Shown: positions 11,820 through 22,828 of the stretch, in pieces | Layout of the letters: each line of letters starts with the position of its first letter | Numbering within the stretch: the stretch's first letter is position 1 | Assembly (NCBI RefSeq): GCF_016432865.1 | Contig: NC_067403.1 | Coordinates: forward strand, 258,602,001-258,666,000 | Direction: 5' to 3' | DNA from: Antechinus flavipes | Taxonomy: Eukaryota | DNA: 64,000 nucleotides | The notes under the pieces: generated by a model | What the model saw: only the letters and a program-made list of their open reading frames with translations | What the model was told of the DNA's origin: nothing | The model's database searches: none | Program-made: the position numbers and the translations under genes

Positions 11820-13394
11820 GTGGTATAAGACTTTAGAAATATATGTGCATTGAAGTATTGTTACTAGGCATTTTAATCCATATTTAATTTGATTTTCAGT
11901 TCAAATTTTTTTTGGTTCTCTTGTAACTTACCTGAAGAGGTCACATGTTTACATCTTCTAATTAGATGAAAAACATGGGGAAAATAGGAGGACCCATATT
12001 CCAGGTATAATTTTGTGACAATTCATTCAAAAGTTTGGAGAGGCAGCTTCTAGAAATACTTGAGGGAGTGAAGAGCTTTATCTGCCCCTTTAGAATATGG
12101 ACAGGGATTCCTTGAGAAGGTCTTCTTGACTTACGGTAGGATGATGAAATTCCCTTTTTTTTGCTGGTGTCTACATTAGTACAAGGCAGAGCACACTGTG
12201 CATGCTATGAATAGTCGGCTCATTTTCAAGCTACACAAAGTTGTTTGCAAACCTTTTTGTTACTTACAATTATTTTACTGAGGTAAAATGTTTATCTCAT
12301 TACCAAAATGCTTTTCAGAAACCCTGTTAATGCAGCTACACCACCATCCTGAGCAATTTCCTGATCTCTTTCTTGTCGATCAGCATCCCTCTGCTAACCT
12401 CTCCACCTTGGTCAAACATTCCCTTTTGTGTTCCGATGTTCAAATAAATTCATTGCTCCTGTGCTCCCCTTCCAACAGGAACCTTTATATACATTGTCCA
12501 TTATGACTGAGGGGAAGTTATACAAGGAATATTGAAATGGTTTAATATAAAGAAAAATATCAGCATAGTTGATCACATGGATAATAAAAGTTAAGAAGAA
12601 CCATGAGTTTACACCATTTGGTGTCTGAACCAAGTATAATATGGAACTTGAAATCACTAAGAAAAAAGGTCATTGTCACTTGAGGAATCAAATGGGGCTG
12701 AATGATTTTCCCAATTGAGATATTACCTAGGAAATGGTTCTTGAGTGTATATGTGTGTGTTTCCTGTGTGGTATGCATATTGTATATATTTGTGTGAAAT
12801 GATGTGTCTCCTTGTACTGGTCTCATTAGTTTGTGCCCTGTCATATATCACCCCTACAACACCTGCATTCATCAGGAACTGGGGCATGAAGAGTGAGGAG
12901 AGATTGGAATAGAGTCAGAGAAACCCAGAGAGACCTGGACAGAGAGGACACAAGAAAGAATGCTGAGCCAGTCTTGCCCTTTATCTAAGAGAAAAGGATT
13001 TGGCTCAGCTGAGAGAGGAAGGGTGGGGAGAAGAGAAAGGAGTCCTGGCAGGGAAGGGAGGGGGAACAGAGGATAGAGTTGGAGTAGGTACCCAGAGGCC
13101 TGAAGGAACCTAGTGGATCAAATCTGAGAGGAGACCAGGTGGGCGGGTCATAGTTCCTAGAACCTTGAAGAGTCTGACCTGAATCCATGCCTTCATTTAC
13201 AAAATGACAGGTTGGCCTGGGCCCTTCGAGGATGGATTCCTTCTTCCTGTACTGTTTAGGACAAGGGCCATTTCTTGTAGAAGTTTCCTCTGGGTTGGTG
13301 GCAGGTGAGACCCTGGACCTCACTTCCTAGGTAAAGAAGCCTCCAGCAAGCTAGAGGGCTTCAAAGAGCACAGAGCAGAGGGCCTGGGTCAAGA

Positions 13395-13535
13395 AGATCT
13401 GAATTCCAATCCAGTCTCACATACACTGAATCTCTTCCTGCCTCAGTTTCCTCAAGTGTAAAATGGATATCCTTAGAGCACTTACCTCTCAGGTATATTG
13501 TGAGGATTAAATGAGATATTTGTAAAGCACACAGG
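13395..13535 (+). mobile_element. MIR fragment (paralogs about 30190-30320, 46755-46885, 62650-62780)
   Basis: cctcagtttcctcaagtgtaaaatgg...tgtgaggattaaatgagatatttgtaaagcac. Confidence 0.7.
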
Positions 13536-13559
13536 AGGGTTCCTGGTATAATTTTGTTC

Positions 13560-13790
13560 TGCAATCATGTGAGTCTTTGTCAATGCATTTGGAGTTTTCT
13601 TGGCAGAGAATGGAGTGTTTTGCCATTTCTGTCTCTAGCTCATTTTACAGATGAGCAAATTGAGGTAAACAGAGTTAAGTGATTTGCCCAGGGTCACAAA
13701 GTTGGCAAGTGTCTCAGGCCAGATCCCAGTTGTTCCCATTCCAGATCCTGGAGCTCTACCTTCTGCCATCCCCACCTGCCTGGCTTACAC
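13560..13790 (-). mobile_element. MAR1-like SINE in the MRGPR 3' flank (paralogs about 30350-30560, 46910-47135, 62820-63035)
   Basis: ggagttttcttggcagaga.tggagtgttttgccatt...agctcattttacagatgag...gcccagggtcaca. Confidence 0.7.
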
Positions 13791-13950
13791 CTAATAAATG
13801 TTTGCTCATCCCTTAGAATGGAAACTCTGGACATAAAGCTAAAGAATGACAGAGGAAATTGTGCTTTTCATGGCAGGGAGGTGGGAAGGGGCTGCAAGTG
13901 GCCTGGAGCAGGGGCTTATTTCTTAGGCTTCATCTGTGGGCTTCTTGTTC

Positions 13951-14916
13951 TTAGCCTCCTGATGAAGTCTCCTGGGTGTTGGTGTGGGGGATGTCCCTCA
14001 TCCCACCTCCCACCTCCTGCTCCTCCCCCAGGGCTCTCTGCAGGATCAGCCTGAGAGACTCCCTCCCTTTATGCCCTTGTTTTCCCAGGAAGAAGTAAAT
14101 GAAGGGGTTCACGCTGCTGTTCACACAAGCCAGGGAATGAGGGAGGATATCTGGCATAAGTTCTATTCTGAAGCGATCATTTATGAAACCTTCGATCCCC
14201 CAGGGCAGGCCGCAGAGCAGGAACACAAGGACTGTGAGCAGGACCAGGAGGTAGAGTCTGGGGGGCCGCCGGCGCCGGGAGCTGCACTGGACCCGCAGCA
14301 GCAGAGTCAGGCTGGACACGCACAGGATGCAGGTGAGGAGGACGAAACACACAAAATAGATAGTGAGGAAGTTGCAGAAACGGCGAGGGGCCAAATAATT
14401 CCGAGTGACAAACTCTGTGACTTCGATCACTCCGGCCTGAGCCCAGAGCCCGGCGCAGACCGCGGCCGACGTGTGCTTGGGGCGGCGACATCGGTACCAG
14501 AGGGGGAAGAGTGCGGAGAGACAGCGCTCGGTGCTGATCGCCGCCAGGAGGCTCAGGCCCGCAGTGTAGGACATGCATTGGAGGTAGAGCACGACCATGT
14601 ACATTATATAATAAAAACAGGTAGCAAGTCTTCTCAAGGAGATCAGAAAAGAGCAGCACAGGAAGAGGGCGTCGGCCCCCGCCAGGTTGAGGATGTAGAC
14701 AGAATAGGGGGTCCTCCTGATGCGGAAGCCCAGGAGCCACAGGACCGTTCCGTTCCCCAGCAGCCCAAGGGAGGTAACAAGCAGAGAGAACACGTCCATC
14801 CAGTCATAAGAATGAAATCCTCCAGGTGTCCCAGAAGCCTCACTCTCATTTAGCCTTCCCTCCGTAGCACTGCCATTACCATATTCCTGTTGCTGGGGTG
14901 TAGGGGACACAGCCAT
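13951..14916 (-). CDS. G1: Mas-related G protein-coupled receptor (MRGPRX/D-like), 321 aa, intact
   Basis: 7 hydrophobic segments; GLLGNGTVLWLLGF (TM1), YILNLAGAD (TM2), SY.AGLSLLAAISTERC (DRY variant), LCGLP (Gly at 6.48), NPFIY, helix-8 SLRLILQRAL; N-glycosylation sequons N14 and N23; Kozak CCACCATGG. Orthology to a specific human member cannot be assigned. Confidence 0.96.
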   Translation of the reverse strand: MAVSPTPQQQEYGNGSATEGRLNESEASGTPGGFHSYDWMDVFSLLVTSLGLLGNGTVLWLLGFRIRRTPYSVYILNLAGADALFLCCSFLISLRRLATCFYYIMYMVVLYLQCMSYTAGLSLLAAISTERCLSALFPLWYRCRRPKHTSAAVCAGLWAQAGVIEVTEFVTRNYLAPRRFCNFLTIYFVCFVLLTCILCVSSLTLLLRVQCSSRRRRPPRLYLLVLLTVLVFLLCGLPWGIEGFINDRFRIELMPDILPHSLACVNSSVNPFIYFFLGKQGHKGRESLRLILQRALGEEQEVGGGMRDIPHTNTQETSSGG

Positions 14917-14961
14917 GGTGGGGGGTCCCAGCCCCAGAAAGCCCTGTTCCTCTCAGATGCC

Positions 14962-14986
14962 CTGGGGATGCAGAGACAGAGAAGGG
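14962..14986 (-). promoter_or_regulatory. Splice acceptor of the G1 coding exon (45 nt upstream of ATG)
   Basis: Minus strand cccttctctgtctctgcatccccAG|GGCATCTGA; an in-frame TGA follows, so the upstream exon(s) are non-coding. Conserved at 31713 (G2) and 48315 (G3), 45 nt from the ATG in each. Fits the known MRGPR layout of 5'UTR exon(s) plus one coding exon. Confidence 0.8.
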
Positions 14987-16045
14987 CTTACTCCCATCTC
15001 CGCCTTCAAGAGTTAGAGCCTCTCCTCCCCACAAGTGTAGGTCAAAGGTAAGCAATGAATAATATTCTAGTCTCACTTACTAGTGAGAGAAAGGGTTATT
15101 TCACTCATATTGGTAACCAATTGTTCAATTAGAATGAAGACTTTTTCATTCCTATTTACTCATTCAGAAACCAGCCTCTTGTAGGTTATTAAATAAGTTT
15201 CCAAAGGACATTGCTGATACATGAGATACATGGGATTTTATTGATCTATCTCTCAAGATCAGTTTAGAACATTGCTAAACTCTGCATCATTCTCATTTTT
15301 TCTTCCTGTGGTTACACTTGGGCAAAAAGTCTAGAGAATGGAAATTTAGCCAGCTCTTCTATATACTAGAGATTGAACCAAAACAGCGCTTTCAATGGGT
15401 GAATCCATTTGGCAAATTTGACTAAAGCAATTTTGTTCCTCAATTACATCTTTTGATAAGACTCTAAAAGAATTGTTTCATAAAATACATCCTGATTAAT
15501 TGATTGATAGAGAAAGGATTATCTCTTAACTCTGGCTTTGTTCTGGGATTTCTTTGGGTAACTGAAAGAAACAAGGAAGCAGTACTGAGAGGGTGGGAGA
15601 GTAATCATGAATTTATATTCTAAATATAAGCAACAAAAAATAATGGAAACATGTGCACTGAGATTTAGTTATTGTCACTAATCATTTTAAATCAAAATTG
15701 ATTGTGTTGAAAATATTGTAATGGGAGGAAATTAGATAACTAAATGAGTCTTTATATGTACAAAAGGAATAAAATATATTTGCACCTATTTTCCAGGAGT
15801 AAGATCTGAAGGGACCACAGACCCTTTAATAAACTGTCATTGGCTCAGAGCTTTCCCTCAGTCTATCTTATTGCAGGCTGGACATTTTAAATCTTTACAT
15901 CACCACAACTAACTATCACATGAGCTAAATTCGATATGTTCCACATCCTTAGTCAACCACTTCTAGAAAGGAGAGAAGGAAATGAAACAGTTTCTTCCCT
16001 GATTTTTCTGTGTCAAACTGCAATAAACATTTGCTCGGTACTTAC

Positions 16046-16146
16046 CTCTTGGAGATTCTGGCTCCAGACTCATTTTTACCACTGAGCTTGGTGTTGGAAT
16101 ACAAGGACAATGAAATCATCCCTATCTTGAAGTAGCTGCTGTCCTA
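16046..16146 (-). other. Candidate 101-nt 5'UTR cassette exon in an antisense L2-like relic (paralogs 3664-3764, 32795-32895; donor lost near 49395)
   Basis: Minus strand ctgctctcccctgcctcctctcAG|...ccaagAG|GTAAGT; same 101-nt length in three units. The plus strand reads like an L2 3' end (aataaacatttgct..gtac.tac). Confidence 0.45.
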
Positions 16147-17849
16147 CTGAGAGGAGGCAGGGGAGAGCAGAATGCAACCCCAGGTGTTCACCTTATGCCA
16201 AACCAGATAATTGATCAGCACAGAATATGCCTAACAGTAGACATATGGGATTGTTGATTGCTATGGCTTCAGTTTCTCTTTATTGACAAATGATGAGATT
16301 TAGGGCCAAATGTCTGGGAAAGGATACATCAGTTAACTCAGACTAAGAATAGGAAAAAATTAAGGAGATGTGGGATTCACTCATATCCTGAGCCAGAACC
16401 TGCATCTGGAGGATTGGGAACATGATCTTTCATGGCCTTGTTCAGAGACTACTTAAGGGCTCCAAACTGATTCTCCCTCCCAGCTGGGGGCCATATTACA
16501 AAGAGTTTGAAGGTTGGATGTTGTTTTTGCCCTCCAAGGGGAAAAGAAAGCATAAGACCTCAGACGCAGAATTTTCTGCTGCTCCCCACTTCCCAGGCTA
16601 ATGTTTTCCAGCTGTGCACACAAATTTATAAAGAATTAAACTCACCAAAATCTTCAATTGATTCGACGAAGACAAATAATGATGAAGAAAGGGTCCAGAC
16701 TCTAAACTTCCCTTTTTCCTTCCCAGATTCCTGTCCCTGATACTGCAATTGAGGCATGTATCTGTTCTCACTGGGACATGAGAGTGAAGATAGGAGCAAG
16801 ATTCAGGATAGTTCCTCTCTTTCCATTATATACAGTCCCCTCCCCTTCTCCCAGTTATACTTACCTAGTCTAAAAGACTTTCTATTTGCTTTCTTACTGG
16901 AGAGATGAAGATTTTTTCCAAACTCTGATGTCAGGTAATAAATTCCCTAAAGCTTTCAAGTGCAGATAAAACTTCCTGAATGGTGTTGCTTTGGAAAAGA
17001 CTTTGATTCTCTGTTAACACTGACCTTTACAGTAGGACTTAAGAGGAATAATATGTTAGATTGATCTGGCCCATTATCCCCAATTAACTGGTCTTTCCCA
17101 TTATCCTTGCATGTATTTCAGTCATGGTAGTTACACTTGAGGGAAAGAAAAAAACATTCCCTATTGTTCACAGGTCCATTAGGTCCTTTTCAAGCTCTTA
17201 CAGAACTTTTCTGAAAAGAAATTGTGTATTCTCTTGTTGCCAGAGTTTTATACAGATTGAAGAGGCTCAGGTTTTTTCAAACTACAAGTAGGTATTGGAA
17301 TGAGGCTTTGAGTGGCTGGATCCATGGATTTCAAGGTTCCAATAAGGAAAAATGTATATACAGTTATGAAGACACATATAGACATATAAATATATATGTG
17401 TGTTTGTGTGTGTACATTTCCTCATTCACATAATATATAATACATCATACATATATTTACAAGAATGTACAGTAATATACACAAATAAGCACACAGTGAA
17501 ATGTACCTTTTTATAACCACTTATTTTTATAATTTCTTATTTTTCTAAATAATAGCTTTATTGTTAAGGACCATGCCTAAGTGTGAAGGGACAGGTGGAT
17601 TCTCCAAGGGCCCCCACATCTGTGAATATAACCCACTTGAAGGAATTGCAAAGCAGCCTTGACTGATGCAGATGTGGCTTGTGAATTAGAGAATGAAATA
17701 CATTGGAGGCAAGAAGGCAGAGGGGAGAGGTCACAGAATGCAACTGCCTCTCGGTCTCCTTGTATCCTTATCTTCCTCTCACATGAAAGGATCATTCTGC
17801 TGGTCAGAATTAGATCCCCAGCAGCCACAAGCAGGTGGCTCCCATAATA

Positions 17850-18200
17850 CTTTATATCTTCAAAATATATGCAAATGTATTTTTCAACGATCTTCCTTGC
17901 AAAACCTTGTCTCCCAAAATTTTCTCCCTCTGTTTCCTCTCTCTCCTCCCTTTGACAGCAAGTAATCCAATATATGTTAAACATATGCCATTCTTCTATA
18001 TGTATTTCCACATATAGCACTTGGCACAAGAAAAATCAGATCAAAAAGAGGAAAAAATTAGAAATTTAAAAGGCAAGCAAACAACAACAAAATGGGGAAA
18101 ATACTAAGTTATGGTCCTCATTTCAGTCCCCACAGTCCTCTGTCTGGATGCAGATGGCTCTCTCGATCACAAGTCTATTAGAATTATCCTGAATCACCTC
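17850..18200 (-). mobile_element. Old L1 3'UTR fragment, antisense (paralogs about 34600-34945, 51220-51545)
   Basis: Same L1 3'UTR motifs, from a different subfamily than 11265. Confidence 0.8.
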
Positions 18201-19691
18201 CATGAGCTCTTATTTCCAAATCCAGTAGCCTATTCTTAATCCTCATTCTCTTTGCATTCTCACCTCTCTAGATTTTTGAGTAACCTCTCCTTGTTGTACT
18301 TTTACATATCTGACCGTTCCTTCTCAGTATCCTTTCTTAGATCTTCATCCAGGTAGTACCATCTAACCATGATTAACCTTTTGGGTTTCTTTTTTATTCC
18401 CATAGTGCCTGGCATACAGAAAGTACTTAATAAATGGCTACTGCCTTCCTCACCGACTGTTGATACCACCAGGACTGTAGACAAAGGTCATCCATATAAT
18501 TCTGGCTGGAACTATTATGAGGTTTTGTTTAAGAACCTGAAACTTATGTTTTGGCAACTGAAATCTACCTGGGTCCTGACCTGTTATGAGGCTCAAATGA
18601 AATAATGGAGATATCACTTTTGGTAAGGTACTTTTATAATATTTAAAGTACTATATAAATGCCAATTAAAGTAATAATATATGATTGTCTGGTGATGATG
18701 ATGATGATGAGGGTTTAGTCACCCACCTTCCCTTTTCTTTATGTTCTCTTTCTTGGAGAGGAAGTTGATTTACCTTCTGTGAATATGCTGGAACTATAGT
18801 CATTACTATAATTGCTGTTCCAGTTTACTCCAAATCATACATGACCATTCTATTCTAGGTGCTAGAAAGAAATTAATAGCTGTGTATGAGGACTCAAAGT
18901 GGGGTTACCAAGCATAAGAATGCGTAGCATATGTGAGACTGGGCAGATGATGTCGCATTGGGAGGTTCAGAAAAGTATCTTTCTTGTGGTACTTGCACAG
19001 TTCTGGAAATGAATATTTTTCAATTACTGATTTCTGAAGTGGTGAATATGTGTGGAACTGACACATTATACCCACTTTCACAGAGTGAATAAAAAAGTAA
19101 AATCAAAGTAATCTGAGATCAGGACTAATCAGACATCAGGAGATTTGATATGTGGCTGTACTTTAGTTCTAGTATCTTGTTAGGATTTGTATCTCAAAGC
19201 AACATCAGATCAAACATCTCTTGACCATAGCTCTTTGTTGTTGAGATTGTTTATGCCTTTGATACCCCCCTTTCAAGGGAGATTATTGACCATTCTGTAT
19301 TCTATATTTGGATAATCTTCATCTAGATGCCCCAATGCCATATTTTCTTTCTCCTCTCCTCCTATCTTCCTTTCCTTTATCACTTTAATGAACATGGGAT
19401 CTCTAAGCTTGGCTTTCTTTTTTTCCCTCAAAAATTCTTTGGCAAGATTGGACAAAAAGTCCAGAGAAATAGAATTTCAGTTGGCTCTTCTGCATACTAG
19501 AGAGTAAACAAAATATCACTCTAAATGGGTGAATCCAAGGGGAAAATTTGATCAAAACTATTTTGTATTGTTGCCACAAATTGTTACCAAAATTACATTT
19601 TTTAATAACTCTAAGAGAATTAGTAAAATTAGGGGGGGGGGAAGAATTCTCTTAGGCTGAAAACCTAAACCTTAGCTACAAAATGGTGATG

Positions 19692-20016
19692 TGTGGGATG
19701 GGAAGACCCCTACCCAAAATGACTACTTAGAGATCACTCAAAGGAGAAAGCAGAAAGATTGTTTATTATGTCATGAGCATCTAATGAGAGGCAGGGCAGT
19801 CCAGCTGTGAGAGATAAAGGAAAATGAAAGTACTCATAGCATCAGGGCCAAAGAATTAGTGAATATGCACAGCTTTTATAGATTTTGTTACAAGAGATTA
19901 CATCACAAGTAAGAGAGCACCAAGGGGGGTGTATCTAATTGGTTGTTGCTGTCCCAAGGGATTGGAATGGATAGTTTCTGGCTTAGGCCTTCAGGCTTTA
20001 GATAATCGAGCTTACA
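19692..20016 (-). mobile_element. LTR-like element (paralogs about 36463-36790, 53049-53376; absent from unit A)
   Basis: Minus-strand CTATAAAAG (19873-19881) lies ~110 nt before AATAAA (19762-19767), the U3-R-U5 spacing; the right boundary is uncertain. Confidence 0.5.
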
Positions 20017-20334
20017 GTTGTCAAGCTCATAGACTAGATATCAATAATTGTCAAACACTGATAAATGTCACCAACTTAGATTAAATAAATATGCCTTTAA
20101 CTAACTAAGGTTTAAGTAAATATAGGCCTGCACATATTGTACTTATGCAGGTCATATGGAAACACAGAAATAAGGAAAATCAAGAAAAAGAATTCACACA
20201 TTACTCTAAGTTCTTCATCTCTCCATTCCATACAGGGATGAGGCAGTCACTGGGCCACAGAGTTGTAGCAGGATACCTGGGTCCAAATTTTTCCAACCTT
20301 CTTCCCTCAGGGTTTTAAAGTATGACAATTTATT

Positions 20335-20505
20335 TTTTTTAATTAAAGCTTTTCATTTTTCAAAGCATATTCATAGATAATTTTTCAACATTGACTCTTG
20401 CAAAACCTTGTGTTTCAAATTTCTCTCTCCTTTCCCCCACCCCCTCCCCTAGATGGCAAGTAAGCCAATATATATTAAACATGTTAAAATATGTTAAATC
20501 CAATA
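20335..20505 (-). mobile_element. L1 3' tail fragment, antisense (paralogs about 37105-37280, 53695-53870)
   Basis: Near-identical to 11265-11435, including the upstream non-L1 flank. Confidence 0.8.
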
Positions 20506-22828
20506 CATACTAATTTAAATAATCATCATGCTGCAAATAAGAAAGCTTATATATACAGTTATGAAGATAGATATATACATTTACTTCTATACACATTTTT
20601 TCTTTATTCATGGAATATACTTGTACAATATACATATGTGTAAGAACATATGGGAGTATACACTTATAAACAGAGGTTCAAAAGTAGACCACAAAAAGAT
20701 GAGGTTGCAGAATGGTGTCATGAGGTGACTCAAAAGAATTTGAAGGCTTGAACCCATCTCCAAATCAAGGGACAATGTTTATTATAATTGTAACACCAAT
20801 GGAAGTGGACTAAGTTCCAAAAGGATTTAGCAAAGCACCAGGAGCAAGAAGATAAATTTGTAGCAACTGACAGAGATTCAGTTCTTCATGTCACTGATCT
20901 GCTAAGTGTATGGCTTAGAGGTAGAACTGAGGCGTGGTTTGATATGCACTTCAATATTGAATTTTCTGGTTTAGAGGTGGGGCTGAGGACTAGTCCGGCG
21001 TGCACCTGACCATTTGTCTCAGAAACCCTGTCATCCTGATCAACAGATTGTTATCATAGTCAACAATGTTTGCAGGACTCCACTATAGTATTCCTAAGGC
21101 CCAGAGATTTTAAAATCATCAACAAACAGGTTGTTAGAACAATAGCATTCCTAAGGTCTGGGGTCCTCAGGATTACTGCTATATTTCCCCTAGAATCTGT
21201 ACCCTATCAATCTGCTCTCAAGAAGTTTGTAGACCAAATGAATGACAAAGGGGAAAAAGGTTACATTTTCTGGAGCTGCTTTAGGCCTATAAGGACTGTA
21301 GATCTGGCCTTGTCTAGTGGGACCCAGACTGACGAGGGAAGACACATGACTCAAAGGTGGTGGCAGCAGTATCCAGAGGGTGTTGAGTGTCAGAGTCAGG
21401 TATGAGGTGATATTCTGGTCAGCCAAGTATTTGGAATTTCATTATTTGGAATCCGGAAGAAACAACTTTCACAAGTAGATTAAAAATTCAAGGACCAAAA
21501 GTGAACAAAAAAAAATAAACAAAAGTAATTTAGTATGGGGGTTACCCCATACCAGGAACCCCACCCAGAGGAAGAGTGTGTGTTGGGGGAGAATAGACGA
21601 GGCTATCATGAGTGTCTCACATCCACCCAGCTTTTCCTAGGAAAAATACCAAAGAACATTTTCCCCAATTCCCTGCTTCTTTTTCCTCAAAGGAGTAGGG
21701 TCAATGGGAGGAATAGCAGCAGCATACACAGTGCAAGGAGTGCTCAGGTGACCTAGGATGCAAGGACCATAATGTTGAAAAGGCATTAAGACATTAAGCA
21801 TTGGGTAGAAAAAATAACATGCAGTGTGGAGATCATAATTAATCTTAAGTGCCTTGGCTGCAGCTTGGGTTATTTGAGAAGTGAAATTGGGCTAATGATA
21901 CTCCATAAAGAACTGGGCAGGCCAAAATGAGGCAAGATTTCCTTTAGCAAAAAAAGCAGTCTTTTCAGTCTTACAAAGGAAGGCTTCTATCCAATTAGTA
22001 GAGGTGCCAAGAAAAACCAAAAGCAGTTTAACCCTCCTTCGTGTGGGGGGCATCTGTGTAAAAGCTTTGATGAGGGGAGAATTTGGCCCTCTGAGCAGAG
22101 ATTCCAGGGGAGAGAGCCTTAGCCTCCAAGGTGCTATTGAGATTCACCACAGAGTAATCTGCCTTCCTTTGTCCATTTTCAAGAAAATTGCACCCATCAG
22201 TAAGTCATTCACTGTCTGGGTTGTAAGAAGAATGTTCTGTTTTCCTAAAGTTCCCAAATTCTTAAATCTTCTGTTAACACAGTCAGTGCAAATAGACTAT
22301 TACATATTCCTTTACATATTCCTTAGTGGGCTTTGATTAGAGCTCCTTTAAAACTGCTTATACTATCATATCCCAAATAACAAATTTCAGTGAATTGAGT
22401 GTACTTTCTTTCTCTTCCTCTCACCCCTTCATCCATGTATCCCTGCTCCAGTCATGGAAAGAGGGAAGGAGGAAGAAAGAGAAAGAGACTCTCTTTCCTC
22501 TATTCACTATCCTCTTAGTCTTGGGGAGCCCTTCATCTAGTCGAATTTGCTTCTAAATTACTTTACGCATACCCCAAAATCATTTGTCTCAACAATGGCA
22601 TTGTATGTTGTTCATATTGAAAAACCCATGTAAAGATATCAAATATGAAGCAATTAAATACCATAAAGCAGTGAACATTCACATTGCATTTGTTTTATGC
22701 TAAGCACTTTTGCAATCATGTGATCTTACAACAACAATCATTATTTCTCTTTAAAATCAGAAAACTGGGCTGAGGTAATACACAGTTAATTACATATCCC
22801 AAACTGCAATAGAGAATAGTAGACTTAC

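Larger units (their letters stand above)
339..13956. repeat. Tandem segmental duplication unit A (13.6 kb, divergent/mosaic)
   Basis: Collinear with later units at 1420-1540 and 3440-13950. It lacks the ~3.2 kb block 17360-20545 and has different sequence at about 1540-3440. Confidence 0.9.

Noticed and set aside
14177-14740. Alternative-frame minus-strand ORFs inside the MRGPR exons (also 30904-31554, 47725-48156, 63406-63723)
   Set aside because: Stop-poor shifted frames of a GC-rich CDS; lengths vary between paralogs.
13984-14853. 289-aa plus-strand ORF (and 63213-63869, 47334-47654, 31117-31320)
   Set aside because: Antisense shadow of the GC-rich GPCR frame; broken at different places in the paralogs.
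14876-15076. 66-aa ORF overlapping the MRGPR start in G1-G3
   Set aside because: Begins at TTG in the intron upstream of the acceptor; only relevant as the frame used by a spliced uORF.
16859-16864. Extra minus-strand AG|GTAAGT donor
   Set aside because: Present only in unit B (ATAAGT in C and D, absent in A) and has no clear acceptor.
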